Part shown: piece by piece, positions 1-11,433 of the stretch | How the letters are laid out: the number at the start of each line of letters is the position of its first letter | How positions within the stretch are numbered: position 1 is the first letter of the stretch | NCBI GenBank assembly: GCA_049510745.1 | Contig: JBEKYR010000007.1 | Coordinates: forward strand, 126,308 to 190,307 | Direction: 5' to 3' | DNA length: 64,000 nt | Source: Verrucomicrobiota bacterium | Lineage (GTDB): Bacteria > Verrucomicrobiota > Verrucomicrobiia > Limisphaerales > Palsa-1400 | Notes under the pieces: model-generated | The model's database searches: none | What the model was told of the DNA's origin: nothing | The model's input: the letters and a program-made list of their open reading frames with translations, nothing else | Position numbers and translations under genes: made by a program

Positions 1-898
1 AATCCGCAAGCTGCGCCGGCGACAGGGCGAGCCGGTTGACGACGCACTCGGCCGCATATTGGGCGAAGCCCAGGCCCGAGGCCCGCACCAGTTGCGAAAT
101 CATGATCGGCTCGGCTTCGAGTGAGCGCGCCAGGGCCAACCCCAGCCGCACGGCTTGGCACGCCCCCTCCGCATCCTTCTGGTCCGCCTGATAAACTGCG
201 GACAACTGGGCCATTTGGGCGGCTTGCTTCACTTGGCTCACGTGCTTGAGTTTCATGCTCGGGCCTTCCCTGAAATCAAGCGGGTAGCGGCTCTTGGCGC
301 AGCGCGCCCCTTGCTCGAACTTCTCCAGCGCCGGGCGGTTCCTGGCCAGGAAATCTCCGATGGCTTTTTTCGCTGCCGCGGGCAGCGGCTGTCCGGGCGG
401 CGGCAGCTTGCCTTTGCCAATTAACGGCAAGTCCGCGGAGTTGGCGTCCTGCGCCGAGATCTGAACAAGCTCGAAACCTGCCAGGAAAAAATCCGCCGCA
501 TTCTCGCCTGCGGGCGGTTGCTCGTACCAAACATTGAGTTCCGCGCCGGAGGCAGGTTCGCCGGCTTTGCGAATGGCCTCCAGTTTGGCCTGGCACTGCG
601 CGTTCACCGTTTTGGCCGCTGATTTTCCCCAAATAAGCACGCTGCCAACGGCCACCGCGGCCAGCAGGAGCAGGCTGCCGATAGCCAGAGCGGTGATGCG
701 CGCCCAGGAACGGCGGCCGCCTGGTTCGCGGGCTGGCATCCCCGGGCGCGAGGTTGGCCCGGCCGACGCAGGCGCCGGCTCGCGCGGGATGATAATTAGC
801 TGGCCACAGGCAGGGCAACTGGTTTGCGAGCCGGCGCAGGCGGCGTCCACCGCCAGGTGCCTCCCGCAGTTGGGGCAGGCGAATTTCAGATCGCTCAT
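1..898 (-). CDS. Partial membrane-anchored hypothetical protein with N-terminal double zinc-ribbon (runs off the left window edge)
   Basis: Read manually, not in the ORF track: ATG at 898 gives MSDLKFACPNCGRHLAVDAACAGSQTSCPACGQ (two CxxC), then a hydrophobic segment (ITALAIGSLLLLAAVAVGSVLIW); frame stays open to the edge. Confidence 0.8.
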   Translation of the reverse strand, partial: MSDLKFACPNCGRHLAVDAACAGSQTSCPACGQLIIIPREPAPASAGPTSRPGMPAREPGGRRSWARITALAIGSLLLLAAVAVGSVLIWGKSAAKTVNAQCQAKLEAIRKAGEPASGAELNVWYEQPPAGENAADFFLAGFELVQISAQDANSADLPLIGKGKLPPPGQPLPAAAKKAIGDFLARNRPALEKFEQGARCAKSRYPLDFREGPSMKLKHVSQVKQAAQMAQLSAVYQADQKDAEGACQAVRLGLALARSLEAEPIMISQLVRASGLGFAQYAAECVVNRLALSPAQLAD

Positions 899-1025
899 AG
901 TTCAGTCAGGGACCTGATTTCGGTTCTCTTGCGCGTCAAGCAGAACAGCAATGCGGTCGCATGTCAATGCGTTTTCCAATGCCACTGCTTGCCTTTTGGC
1001 GGGGCGCGCTTTACCCTTCTCCACC

Positions 1026-2558
1026 ATGAACACCCGCACCCGCCGAAACCTATTACTGACAATGTGCGCTCTTCTTTCATCGGGAATTCTCTCCGTCCGC
1101 TCCCAGGACGCTGCGCTGGGCGACTTTGAAGCGCAGGACGACATCGGCTCGCCCAAGCTGGCCGGCTCGGCCGGCTACGACCCCGCCCGCCAGGAATACA
1201 CCCTGGCCGGCGCGGGCACCAACCTCTGGTTCACCACCGACCAGTTCCATTTTCTGTGGAGGAAGATGAAGGGGGATTTCATTCTGCGCGCGCGGATTGA
1301 ATTCGTCGGCAAAGGCGCCGTCGCCCACAGAAAAGCCGGCTGGATGGTGCGCCCGAGCCTCGAGACGGGCGCGCCCTACGCGGACGCCGCGGAGCACGGG
1401 GACGGCCTGACCTCCCTGCAGTTCCGCCGCGCCGCGGGCAGCAACACCGAACAAATCGTGCTCAACGTCAGCAACGCGAACGTACTGCAATTCGAGCGCC
1501 GGGGAAAAACTTATATTTTCTCGGCGGCGCGTTACGGGGAGCCGTTGGTCAGCGGGCAACTCACCAATTTTGATTTGGGCGACGAAGTGTACGCCGGGCT
1601 GTTCATTTGCTCGCATACGGCGGACGCGGTGGAGAAGGCCGTTTTCCGCGACGTGCGCCTCATCCGGCCCGCCCCGGAAGGGTTTGTGCCGTACCGGGAC
1701 TACATTGGGAGCGTGCTGGAAATCCTCAATGTGCAGAGCGGGAAACTCGAGCAGATTTACAGATCGGAGCAGCCGTTCGAGGCCCCCAACTGGACGCGCG
1801 ACGGCCAGGCGCTGATCTTTAACACCAGCGGACGGGCGACGGGCTGGGGACGATTGTGCCGCTTCGATCTCGCCACCAAGACTCTGTCGGTTCTCAACAC
1901 CGACCCTTGCGTTCAGGTCAACAACGATCATGTGTTGTCCTTCGACGGGACGATGCTGGGCATCAGCGATCAGAGCGCCGATCACGGCGGCTTCTCGCGC
2001 GTGTTCACCGTGCCGGTCGAAGGCGGAAAACCCAAGGCGATCACGCCCTTGACACCCTCCTACTTTCACGGCTGGTCGCCCGACGGAAAGTTCCTCGTCT
2101 ATACAGGCGGACGGAACGAGAAGTTCGACATCTACAAAATGCCCTCCGAGGGCGGGGAAACGGAAACGCGGCTGACGGACGCGCCCGGATTAAACGACGG
2201 CCCCGAATACACGCCGGACGGGAAGCATATCTATTTCAATTCCACCCGCAGCGGCACCATGCAACTGTGGCGCATGAAGCCGGACGGGCGGGACCAGGAA
2301 CAAGTGACGAACGACGACTTCAACAATTGGTTTCCGCATATCTCTCCCGACGGAAAATGGATCGCGTTTATTTCCTTCAGCAAGGACGTGGACCCAAAGG
2401 ACCATCCCTATTACAAACACGTCTGCCTTCGCCTGCTGCCGATCGCCGGCGGCCAGCCCAAGATCATCGCCTACGTCTATGGCGGGCAAGGAACGATGAA
2501 TGTCCCTTCGTGGTCGCCGGACAGCACCCGGATCGCGTTTGTCAGCAACACGCGTTAA
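1026..2558 (+). CDS. Secreted TolB-like protein (N-terminal beta-sandwich plus PD40-repeat beta-propeller)
   Basis: Signal peptide after ATG 1026; PD40-like repeats EAPNWTRDG, HGWSPDG, DGPEYTPDG, FPHISPDG, VPSWSPDS. Track ORF starts at 951; start choice is inferred. Confidence 0.85.
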   Translation: MNTRTRRNLLLTMCALLSSGILSVRSQDAALGDFEAQDDIGSPKLAGSAGYDPARQEYTLAGAGTNLWFTTDQFHFLWRKMKGDFILRARIEFVGKGAVAHRKAGWMVRPSLETGAPYADAAEHGDGLTSLQFRRAAGSNTEQIVLNVSNANVLQFERRGKTYIFSAARYGEPLVSGQLTNFDLGDEVYAGLFICSHTADAVEKAVFRDVRLIRPAPEGFVPYRDYIGSVLEILNVQSGKLEQIYRSEQPFEAPNWTRDGQALIFNTSGRATGWGRLCRFDLATKTLSVLNTDPCVQVNNDHVLSFDGTMLGISDQSADHGGFSRVFTVPVEGGKPKAITPLTPSYFHGWSPDGKFLVYTGGRNEKFDIYKMPSEGGETETRLTDAPGLNDGPEYTPDGKHIYFNSTRSGTMQLWRMKPDGRDQEQVTNDDFNNWFPHISPDGKWIAFISFSKDVDPKDHPYYKHVCLRLLPIAGGQPKIIAYVYGGQGTMNVPSWSPDSTRIAFVSNTR

Positions 2559-2570
2559 GAGGCGGCTCTC

Positions 2571-3020
2571 TCATGTCGCCGGCGGCGTGTGCCTCATCGC
2601 CTCCGCGCAAATGACCAGGTATGCGGAGGCGAGCAACAGGAGGGGCGAAGAGCGAACGCCGGGCATCAGTCGTCTGCGGTACACTGACCCTCCAATATGC
2701 CCGAGCCCATTTGCAAACATGATGATGGCGAACGGATACGCAAGCCATATCATGAAGCGACTTCCCCGGAATGCCATCGGTGACACAGAGAGGGCCAAAA
2801 AAACGCCAAGGCACAAGCCAGTCAGCCATACCCGGAACGTGAAAACCGGCAGCGGTAAAAAAGGAAACCGCTTGCGAATGGCCTGGGCGGTTGGATTGTA
2901 CACGGACAGGAAGTCCGTCGCCGCCTCATCGGCCACGTGCAGCGCCAAGGCAACACATAAGCAAACCCAGGCGATCCCGAATCGCCGCCCCTCTTCGCTG
3001 ATTAGTTCGCTGGCTATCAT
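2571..3020 (-). CDS. HXXEE-family-like integral membrane protein
   Basis: ALHVADEA motif, second His motif NGLGH, MPG.....P tail, four hydrophobic segments; start at ATG 3020 inferred. Confidence 0.6.
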   Translation of the reverse strand: MIASELISEEGRRFGIAWVCLCVALALHVADEAATDFLSVYNPTAQAIRKRFPFLPLPVFTFRVWLTGLCLGVFLALSVSPMAFRGSRFMIWLAYPFAIIMFANGLGHIGGSVYRRRLMPGVRSSPLLLLASAYLVICAEAMRHTPPAT

Positions 3021-3314
3021 AAACGCGACCGCCGCCTGACTTTTATACAACCGCCGGTTCGTATATTGAAGGGAAAAAATCAAGCCGAGGCGACCGGCCC
3101 AAATCCTTCCTCCGTCCGCCCATTCACTGATTGACTGATTCACAATTCATTTATTCGGTATCCCCGTCCCTGTGCATCAGTGCGCCCCAAAGATGCGCCC
3201 CGCCCCGAACAGCGCGCCGAATAGTTCTTGCATGGCGCGGGGCGGTTGTTACAGTCCTCTCGCACGCAGCGCCGCCCACAGGCGGTTTTACTTTCGGCAA
3301 TTGACAAATAGTTT

Positions 3315-4259
3315 GTGAAGCTTTTTTCCGGCAACTCCAATCCGCCTCTGGCAACCAACATTGCCGCCTACATCGGCATTGAGTTGGGCCAATGCTCCGT
3401 CAAGGCGTTTCCCGACGGTGAAACGTTCGTCAAAATCGAGGAAAATGTCCGGGGCGAGGACGTTTTTATCATCCAATCCAGTTCCCCGCCCACCAACCAT
3501 CACCTGATGGAACTGTTCATCATGATGGACGCGGTGCGGCGGGCCAGCGCCTCGCGCATTACCGCCGTGCTGCCCTTTTACGGCTATGCCCGGCAGGACC
3601 GCAAAGACCAGCCGCGGGTGCCCATTACCGCCAAATTGGTCGCCAATCTCCTGGTCGCCGCCGGCGCCAACCGCATCCTCACGATGGACCTCCACGCCCA
3701 GCAGATTCAGGGCTTTTTCGACATCCCGGTCGATCACCTTTACGCCGCCCCCGTCATGTATGAGTACTTGAGAACCAAGAAGTTGCGCGATCTGGTCGTG
3801 GTCAGCCCGGATGTGGGCGGGCTGAAAATGGCCCACGCTTATTCGCAGGTCTTGGAGGCTGGGCTGGCCATCGTGGCCAAGCGCCGCAAGAGCGCCACGG
3901 AAATCGAGGCCATGGCGGTCATCGGGGAAATCCGCGGGCGCAACGTGCTCTTGGTCGATGACCTGACCGAGACGGCCGGGACGTTGGTCACGGCGGCGGC
4001 CCTTTTGAAGAAAAAGGGCGCCAAACAAATCCTGGCCTGCGTTTCCCATACCCTCCTCAACGACCTGGGCATACAAAGATTGCGAAAATCGAAGATTGAC
4101 GAATTAATCACGACTGATACCGTCCTACGCCCCGCTATTGACGGGGTGAAGATCACGACGCTCTCGGTCGCCTCGCTTCTGGGTGAAGCGATCAAGCGGA
4201 TTAACTGTAATTCGTCGGTCACGTCGCTGTTTGAGTTTAACGGCGGCCGCACCAGTTAG
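3315..4259 (+). CDS. prs: Ribose-phosphate pyrophosphokinase
   Basis: FPDGE, YGYARQDRK, MDLHAQQIQGFFDIPVDHL, VSPDVGG, LVDDLTETAGT motifs; GTG start. Confidence 0.98.
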   Translation: MKLFSGNSNPPLATNIAAYIGIELGQCSVKAFPDGETFVKIEENVRGEDVFIIQSSSPPTNHHLMELFIMMDAVRRASASRITAVLPFYGYARQDRKDQPRVPITAKLVANLLVAAGANRILTMDLHAQQIQGFFDIPVDHLYAAPVMYEYLRTKKLRDLVVVSPDVGGLKMAHAYSQVLEAGLAIVAKRRKSATEIEAMAVIGEIRGRNVLLVDDLTETAGTLVTAAALLKKKGAKQILACVSHTLLNDLGIQRLRKSKIDELITTDTVLRPAIDGVKITTLSVASLLGEAIKRINCNSSVTSLFEFNGGRTS

Positions 4260-4299
4260 GCTGGCGTTTGGGCGGGTCTTCGTATAAAAGGTAACAAAG

Positions 4300-5145
4300 A
4301 TGAAATCGATCGCTTTAACCGCGTTTCCGCGGACGTTGGGCCGCCGGGCGGGCGCCAAGAAATTGCGCGCCTCGGGACGGGTGCCCGCCATTATTTACGG
4401 CCGGCACAATCCGCCGCAAAATCTCGAAATCAACCTCCAGGACATCAAAAACGCCGTCCACGGCGCCGCTTCGGAGATCGTGCTGGTGGACCTCTCGGTC
4501 ACCGGCGACCCCAAGCCCCGGCGCCTGGCGCTGGTGCAGGAAATCCAGCACCACGTCTTGACCAATCAAGTCCTCCACGTCGATCTCCACGAAGTCGCCG
4601 AGGATGAAAAAGTCACCGTCCTGGTGCCGGTCGAAGCGGTCGGCGAAGCCATTGGCGTCAAAACCGGCGGCGGCACGCTCGAACACGTCTTGTTCAAGCT
4701 CAAGGTGCGCGCCCTGCCCAAGGATTTGCCCGAAGCGCTGGTGGCCGACGTGAGCCATTTGGAGATCGGCAAAGCCGTTCACATCGGCGAAATGAAAGCG
4801 CCGCCCGGTGTCGAAATCCTTGGCGACAAGAATATCCCGGTCCTCTCCGTCGCCGCGCCGGTCAGCGAGGCGCAGGAGGCGGCCACGCTGGAAGCGGCGA
4901 CCACCCCGACGGGCGAAGTGGAGATGATCAAGGAGAAGAAGGAAGAGGAAGCTGAGGGCGAAGCCAAACCGGCCGAAAAAGCCGTTGGCAAGGGCGCGGA
5001 AACAGCCCCGGTCAAGGGCGCCGAGAAGGCCCCGGCCAAGGGCGCGGAGAAGCTTCCAGCCAAACCCGGCGAGAAACCGGCCGCTCCCGTCGCGGAGAAA
5101 CCGGCCGAAAAGAAACCGGAGAGGAAATTCGGGAGGAAAAAGTAA
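4300..5145 (+). CDS. rplY: 50S ribosomal protein bL25 (Ctc type) with K/A/P/E-rich tail
   Basis: KLRASGRVPAIIYG, HVDL, GVKTGGGTL; position between prs and pth. Confidence 0.95.
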   Translation: MKSIALTAFPRTLGRRAGAKKLRASGRVPAIIYGRHNPPQNLEINLQDIKNAVHGAASEIVLVDLSVTGDPKPRRLALVQEIQHHVLTNQVLHVDLHEVAEDEKVTVLVPVEAVGEAIGVKTGGGTLEHVLFKLKVRALPKDLPEALVADVSHLEIGKAVHIGEMKAPPGVEILGDKNIPVLSVAAPVSEAQEAATLEAATTPTGEVEMIKEKKEEEAEGEAKPAEKAVGKGAETAPVKGAEKAPAKGAEKLPAKPGEKPAAPVAEKPAEKKPERKFGRKK

Positions 5146-5160
5146 GCGGTCGTTGATTCG

Positions 5161-5766
5161 TTGGAGAATTTGCATCTCATTGCGGGCCTGGGTAATCCCG
5201 GCCCCGAATACGCCGCCACCCGGCATAACGTCGGGTTTGTGCTCGTGGAGCGTCTGGCGGCGCGCTGGCAGGCGGCCTGGAAAACGGAGAGAAAATTCAG
5301 GGCCAGGCTGGCCCGGCTGGAGCGGGCGGGACAGAAGGTGATTTTATGCCAGCCGCAAACGTTTATGAACGAGAGCGGCGCGGCGGTCGGCGCGCTGGCG
5401 CGGTTTTATCAACTGCCCGCCGCGCGGATTTTGATCGTGGTGGACGACGCGGACCTGCCCCTGGGGCAAATCCGCTTGCGGCCCGATGGCAGCAGCGGCG
5501 GCCATCACGGCCTGGAGTCCATCGAGGGGCAACTGGGCACGCGCGGCTATCCGCGCCTGCGCCTGGGCATTGGCCGCCGGGCGGACGACGACCGGGAAAT
5601 TACGGATTACGTCCTGGGGCGGTTCTCAGCCGCGGAGCGGTCAGTCATGGCTGAGGTTTTGGACCGCGCCGGCCAGCAGGTGGAATGCTGGTTGAGCCAG
5701 GGCGTCAAGCAGGCGATGAATGAATTTAACGGCGCCGTGACGGCGCCATCAGACAAAGGAAAATAG
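5161..5766 (+). CDS. pth: Peptidyl-tRNA hydrolase
   Basis: GLGNPGPEYAATRHNVGF, QTFMNESG, GGHHGLESI, RLRLGIG; TTG start. Confidence 0.97.
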   Translation: MENLHLIAGLGNPGPEYAATRHNVGFVLVERLAARWQAAWKTERKFRARLARLERAGQKVILCQPQTFMNESGAAVGALARFYQLPAARILIVVDDADLPLGQIRLRPDGSSGGHHGLESIEGQLGTRGYPRLRLGIGRRADDDREITDYVLGRFSAAERSVMAEVLDRAGQQVECWLSQGVKQAMNEFNGAVTAPSDKGK

Positions 5767-6095
5767 TGAAACGTTACGAAGGACTGTTTATTTTAAACAC
5801 GGCCGGCAAGGAAGAGTCGATCAAGGACGCGATTGATAAAATCTCGGCCGAGATCGCCTCGGCGGGCGGCAAAGTCGAGACCGTGCAGAAAATGGAGAAG
5901 AAGACCTTTGCGCGCGTGGCCGACCGCAAGTACAGCACCGGCTTTTACGTCAATTTCGTCTTCGAAGGCGCGCCGGCGATTGTCTCGCAATTGCGCCACC
6001 GCTTCGCCAGCAACGACGAGGTGTTCCGGGCCTTGTTCACCCTGGCGCCGGCCCCCAAACCCGCTGCTCCCTTACCCGCCCATGGCCAGCTTTAA
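5766..6095 (+). CDS. rpsF: 30S ribosomal protein S6
   Basis: MKRYEGLFIL N-terminus, G.Y motif, size, synteny with ssb and rplI. Confidence 0.93.
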   Translation: MKRYEGLFILNTAGKEESIKDAIDKISAEIASAGGKVETVQKMEKKTFARVADRKYSTGFYVNFVFEGAPAIVSQLRHRFASNDEVFRALFTLAPAPKPAAPLPAHGQL

Positions 6096-6552
6096 CAAAG
6101 TCATTTTGGCGGGCAACCTGACGCGCGATCCCGAATTGCGCTACACGCCCAAGGGAACGGCGGTGGTCAAAATCGGCCTGGCCGTCAACCGCACCTGGAA
6201 AAGCGAATCGGGCGAGACCAAGGAAGAGGTCAGCTTTATTGATATCGAAGCCTGGGGCCGCCAGGCCGAGGTCATCGCCCAATACATGCGTAAAGGCCGT
6301 CCTCTCCTCATCGAGGGCCGCCTCAAACTGGACACCTGGGAGGACAAGAACACGCATCAAAAACAAAGCAAACTCAAAGTCGTGCTCGAAGGGTTCTCCT
6401 TTATTGACTCCAAAGCTCCCGAAGGGGCCGCTCCCGCAGGGGAAGCCCCGCGCCGCCCGGCCCCCGGCTCCGCCCCCGCCCCCGCCCCCAAGCCGCCGGA
6501 GCCGGCGGAAGGCGACGCGCCCGCCGCGGAAGAAGACGACGTTCCATTTTAA
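6082..6552 (+). CDS. ssb: Single-stranded DNA-binding protein
   Basis: MASFNKVILAGNLTRDPELRYTP start and C-terminal EEDDVPF; true start ATG 6082 lies inside track ORF 5833..6552. Confidence 0.97.
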   Translation: MASFNKVILAGNLTRDPELRYTPKGTAVVKIGLAVNRTWKSESGETKEEVSFIDIEAWGRQAEVIAQYMRKGRPLLIEGRLKLDTWEDKNTHQKQSKLKVVLEGFSFIDSKAPEGAAPAGEAPRRPAPGSAPAPAPKPPEPAEGDAPAAEEDDVPF

Positions 6553-6588
6553 CAGATCCGAATCCTTTCATCCTTTAGAATTCATTGT

Positions 6589-7338
6589 ATGCCAAAAACT
6601 GAAGTCATCCTGATTCAAAACATCGTGGGTTTGGGCGGCGAATCCGACCTGGTCAAAGTCGCCGCCGGTTACGCCCGCAATTACCTTCTTCCGCAGGGCC
6701 TGGCCGTGCCGCTGACGTCCTCCAACAAACGGCGCATCGAGGCGCTCAAGCAGCGCCGGGCCGAGCGCGAGGCGCATGAGTTCAACACCATGACCGAACT
6801 GGCCAAGAGCCTCTCCATGCTCATTGCCGTCTTGCAGGTCAAGACCGGCGACGATGGGAAGATGTTCGGGACCGTCACCTCCGGCATGATCGCCGACCAG
6901 TTGAAAACCCAGTTCGACATCGTGCTTGACAAGAGGAAAATCCACCTCGAACACCCCATCAAAACGCTCGGCGACCACGAAATCGAGCTTCATCTCCACT
7001 CCGACGTCAAGGCGACCTTGAAGGTGCGTGTGGAAAGCACCACGCCGGTCGCCCTGCCCGTCGAGCCGCCGAAAGCCCCCGGCGATCGCGATCGCCGCGA
7101 AGGCCCCGCCAGAACGGAATCCCGCGGCCACAAGCGCTTCGAACGCACCCGCGAGGAAGAAGCCGCCCCCGCCGCCGCCGAAAAGCCTCAGCGCCCGGAA
7201 AAAAAGCCGCGCCCGGCCCAGGCGGACAAAGCCGACAAGCCCGCCAAGCCGGAAAAGACCGACAAGCCCGTCAAAGCGGAGAAAGCCGAGAAACCCGCCA
7301 AAGCCGAAAAAACCGAAAAGGCGGAGACGCCAAAATAG
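6589..7338 (+). CDS. rplI: 50S ribosomal protein bL9 with long charged C-terminal extension
   Basis: VKVAAGYARNYLLPQG, GKMFGTVT, PIKTLG motifs. Confidence 0.96.
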   Translation: MPKTEVILIQNIVGLGGESDLVKVAAGYARNYLLPQGLAVPLTSSNKRRIEALKQRRAEREAHEFNTMTELAKSLSMLIAVLQVKTGDDGKMFGTVTSGMIADQLKTQFDIVLDKRKIHLEHPIKTLGDHEIELHLHSDVKATLKVRVESTTPVALPVEPPKAPGDRDRREGPARTESRGHKRFERTREEEAAPAAAEKPQRPEKKPRPAQADKADKPAKPEKTDKPVKAEKAEKPAKAEKTEKAETPK

Positions 7339-7375
7339 ATCGGCCCTTTGCCGGCCCGGAGCCGGCCGCCGCGCC

Positions 7376-8632
<1,257 letters not shown>

Positions 8633-8667
8633 AAAAAAAGGGCAGCGCGCCTCAAGACGGCTGCCCT
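8633..8667 (-). terminator. Intrinsic terminator-like hairpin between acpP and fabF
   Basis: Minus strand AGGGCAGC-cgtcttgaggcgc-GCTGCCCT followed by a T-run directly before the fabF ATG. Confidence 0.7.
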
Positions 8668-8685
8668 GGCAAATTGCCGCGGCAG

Positions 8686-8931
8686 TTACTTCTTCTGGGT
8701 GTCTTCAATATACTTGATGACATCGCCGACGCTTTGCAGCTTTTCGGCTTGTTCATCCGGGATTTCGTTGCCGAACTCCTCCTCCAACGCCATCACCAGC
8801 TCGACCGTGTCCAGCGAATCAGCGCCGAGGTCTTCGATAAACTTCGCCTCCGGAGTCACCTGATCCGGGTTGACGCCGAGTTGTTCGACAATGATGTCTT
8901 TGACTCTCTGCTCGATTGATTTTTCAGCCAT
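8686..8931 (-). CDS. acpP: Acyl carrier protein
   Basis: [20 protein letters not shown] phosphopantetheine motif. Confidence 0.98.
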   Translation of the reverse strand: MAEKSIEQRVKDIIVEQLGVNPDQVTPEAKFIEDLGADSLDTVELVMALEEEFGNEIPDEQAEKLQSVGDVIKYIEDTQKK

Positions 8932-9009
8932 CGGTTCACTCCATTATTTATTTGAATTGTGTCTATGCCCGACGCCCTGGAAAGCGTCAAGCCCTGATTC
9001 AGATTATTT

Positions 9010-9753
9010 TTACATCGCCATTCCCCCGTCCACCGCCAGCACCTGGCCGGTGATGTAGCGCGCCCCCGGCCCGGCCAGGAACAGCGCCGCTTCCGCCACG
9101 TCTTCCGCCTGCCCCAGCGAGCTTAACGGAATGCGTTTGAGCATCTCTGCCCTCAACTCCGCCGTCAACCCCGCCGTCATGTCCGTCTCGATGAATCCCG
9201 GCGCCAGCGCGTTGACCGTCACCTTGCGCGAGGCGAACTCCCGCGCCAGCGCCTTGGTCAACCCGATCAACCCCGCCTTGCTCGCCGCATAATTGGCCTG
9301 CCCGGCGTTGCCTATCAAGCCAATCACGGACGACACATTGATGATCCGTCCCGAACATTGCCTGAGAAACGCCCGGCTGAAGGCCTTGGTAAATGCATAC
9401 GCGCCCTTGAGATTGGTGTTCAGGACCGTGTCCCAATCCTCAACGCTCATCCGCATGAGCAACCCGTCGCGCGTCACCCCGGCGTTGTTGACCAGAATAT
9501 CGACTCTGCCCGTTTCCGCGAGTATTTTTTCGCCCGCCTCCGCCACCGCCTCCGCCACCGCCACATCCACGGCGTGCGCCCAGGCTTTGCGGCCGAGGGC
9601 GCGCACTTCTTGGGCCGCCTTTTCCGCGTTCCCGGCCGTGCGCGAAACGCAGACGATGTCGGCGCCCGCGGCGGCAAATTTCAGGGCGATGGCCCGCCCA
9701 ATCCCGCGACCGGCGCCCGTTATGACCGCTATCTGGCTGGCAAGTTGGGACAT
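9010..9753 (-). CDS. fabG: 3-oxoacyl-ACP reductase
   Basis: TGAGRGIG, NNAGVTRD, YAASK, VNALAPGFIETDM; fab cluster. Confidence 0.96.
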   Translation of the reverse strand: MSQLASQIAVITGAGRGIGRAIALKFAAAGADIVCVSRTAGNAEKAAQEVRALGRKAWAHAVDVAVAEAVAEAGEKILAETGRVDILVNNAGVTRDGLLMRMSVEDWDTVLNTNLKGAYAFTKAFSRAFLRQCSGRIINVSSVIGLIGNAGQANYAASKAGLIGLTKALAREFASRKVTVNALAPGFIETDMTAGLTAELRAEMLKRIPLSSLGQAEDVAEAALFLAGPGARYITGQVLAVDGGMAM

Positions 9754-9760
9754 ACGTTTT

Positions 9761-10699
9761 TCAGTGAGTTGTGGTCAGTGTCTGGACGGTCGCCTCCAGG
9801 CTGGGCACGTCGGCGACGTTCAACATTTGCGCGTTTTTGTCGATGCGCTTCATAAACCCGCTCAGGGCCGTGCCCGGCCCCAATTCGATGAATCGCGTAA
9901 ATCCTTCCCCCAGCAAATAGCGGATCGATTCCTCCCACTGCACCGGCGACACCACCTGCTCGGCCAGGCGACGGCGGATGTCTTCCGCTCCGCCATGAGG
10001 GCGCGCCGTCACATTGGAAATGACCGGCACCGACGGCGCTTGCAGCGCGAGCGCCTCCAGCATGGCGCGCACCTTCGGCTGGGCGCTGGCCATCAGCCGC
10101 GAATGGTACGCTCCCGCCACCGGCAGCCGCACCGCCCGCTTGGCCCCTTTGGCCTTGGCCAGTTCGCACGCCTTGTCGATCTTCTCCGTTTCACCCGAAA
10201 TGACGATCTGGCTCGGACAATTTAAATTTGCCATCTCAACATCCGCCGCCTCGCAGACCCCGCGCAACGTTTCCGCCTCAAGGCCTAGCACGGCCGCCAT
10301 CGCGCCCCGGGTCAATTCGCAGGCTTCCTGCATAAAACGTCCCCGCTGCCGCGCCGTCCTCAGTCCGTCGTCGAACGGCAATACCCCGGCCGCCACCAGC
10401 GCCGTCAACTCGCCCAGCGACAACCCCGCAGTGGCTTGAAACGAAAACCCCGGCACCCGCTCTTGGAGCACTTGAAACGCCGCCCAACTGGCCAGAAAAA
10501 TCGCCGGCTGGGCGTTCTCCGTGCGGGTCAACTCCTCCTCCGGCCCGGAAAAGCAAATCGCCGGCAAATCCCCTCCCAGCACCGTCCGGCTTCGCTCAAA
10601 GCAGGCCCTGGCCGTGGCGAACGATTCGGCCAAATCCCGGCCCATGCCGACGACTTGGGCCCCTTGCCCGGCGAACAGCAACGCAGTTTTGCGCATCAT
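9761..10699 (-). CDS. fabD: Malonyl-CoA:ACP transacylase
   Basis: FAGQGAQ, GLSLGE (catalytic Ser), GAYHSRLM, ELGPG. Confidence 0.96.
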   Translation of the reverse strand: MMRKTALLFAGQGAQVVGMGRDLAESFATARACFERSRTVLGGDLPAICFSGPEEELTRTENAQPAIFLASWAAFQVLQERVPGFSFQATAGLSLGELTALVAAGVLPFDDGLRTARQRGRFMQEACELTRGAMAAVLGLEAETLRGVCEAADVEMANLNCPSQIVISGETEKIDKACELAKAKGAKRAVRLPVAGAYHSRLMASAQPKVRAMLEALALQAPSVPVISNVTARPHGGAEDIRRRLAEQVVSPVQWEESIRYLLGEGFTRFIELGPGTALSGFMKRIDKNAQMLNVADVPSLEATVQTLTTTH

Positions 10700-10755
10700 G
10701 CCGCCCCACTAAACACGAAGTCCCGCCGCTGGAAAAGAGATTTTTAACCCGAATT

Positions 10756-11172
10756 TCAGTTGGCAATCACTTCGACGCTTGAGCCTTTTATGCCTGTATC
10801 CAGCGTGACCAGTCTGCTGTTGTCCCGATTCTCGGCCAGGGTGGCCAGATAGGCGTCCGTCAGTTGATTGGGGCCAGGATTGCGCTTCAGGCTCCCCGAG
10901 AGAATCGAAAAATCATCCATCCAAAACGAATGTTCGAAGTCCTTGTGATTCACCAAGCTGGAAAGAAGCGATCGCGCGCTTTCAAAATCAGCCGCGTAGC
11001 CCTTTATATTCATTGAAATGCGCAAAAATCCAAGCTGTGTGAGGGGGCACGTCGCGATGGAAAGTTTGCCGCGCGCCGTTTGGGCAAGCAGCCAACGCTT
11101 CACTCTGGCGTGATGCACGTGTTGCGGCCAGGCGATGGCCAGCAGCACGTTAATGTCCAGCAGCCGGGTCAT
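10756..11172 (-). CDS. vapC: PIN-domain toxin
   Basis: LLDINVLLA, TCPLTQLGFLRI, TDAYLATLA, LVTLD; ATG 11172 overlaps the antitoxin stop (ATGA). Confidence 0.9.
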   Translation of the reverse strand: MTRLLDINVLLAIAWPQHVHHARVKRWLLAQTARGKLSIATCPLTQLGFLRISMNIKGYAADFESARSLLSSLVNHKDFEHSFWMDDFSILSGSLKRNPGPNQLTDAYLATLAENRDNSRLVTLDTGIKGSSVEVIAN

Positions 11173-11432
11173 GGGAAGTCGGACAATTGCTGCTTGACCC
11201 ATTCATCCGTAATGGGAGGCGCGTCCTTTGGGACTGCGAAATGAGGCAGCCCCGTCGCTTTGTCAAATGTGATCTTGAGAGGCCGGCGCTCCGGCTGTCC
11301 CAGTTTCCTCAACTGGACGATTTGACCCTCCAGCGAGATTTCGATTTTGTCGCCCGGATCGATTCCGGCTCGATCTCGAATTCCCTTGGGCACCACAATT
11401 TGGCCTTTGGTGGACATGGTCGTCACGCTCAT
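11169..11432 (-). CDS. vapB: AbrB/MazE-fold antitoxin
   Basis: TTMSTKGQIVVPKGIRDRAGIDPGD; translationally coupled to the PIN toxin. Confidence 0.88.
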   Translation of the reverse strand: MSVTTMSTKGQIVVPKGIRDRAGIDPGDKIEISLEGQIVQLRKLGQPERRPLKITFDKATGLPHFAVPKDAPPITDEWVKQQLSDFP

Positions 11433-11433
11433 C

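Noticed and set aside
3143..3314. tRNA-Gln often found upstream of prs
   Set aside because: No cloverleaf or T-arm (GTTCGA) motif visible
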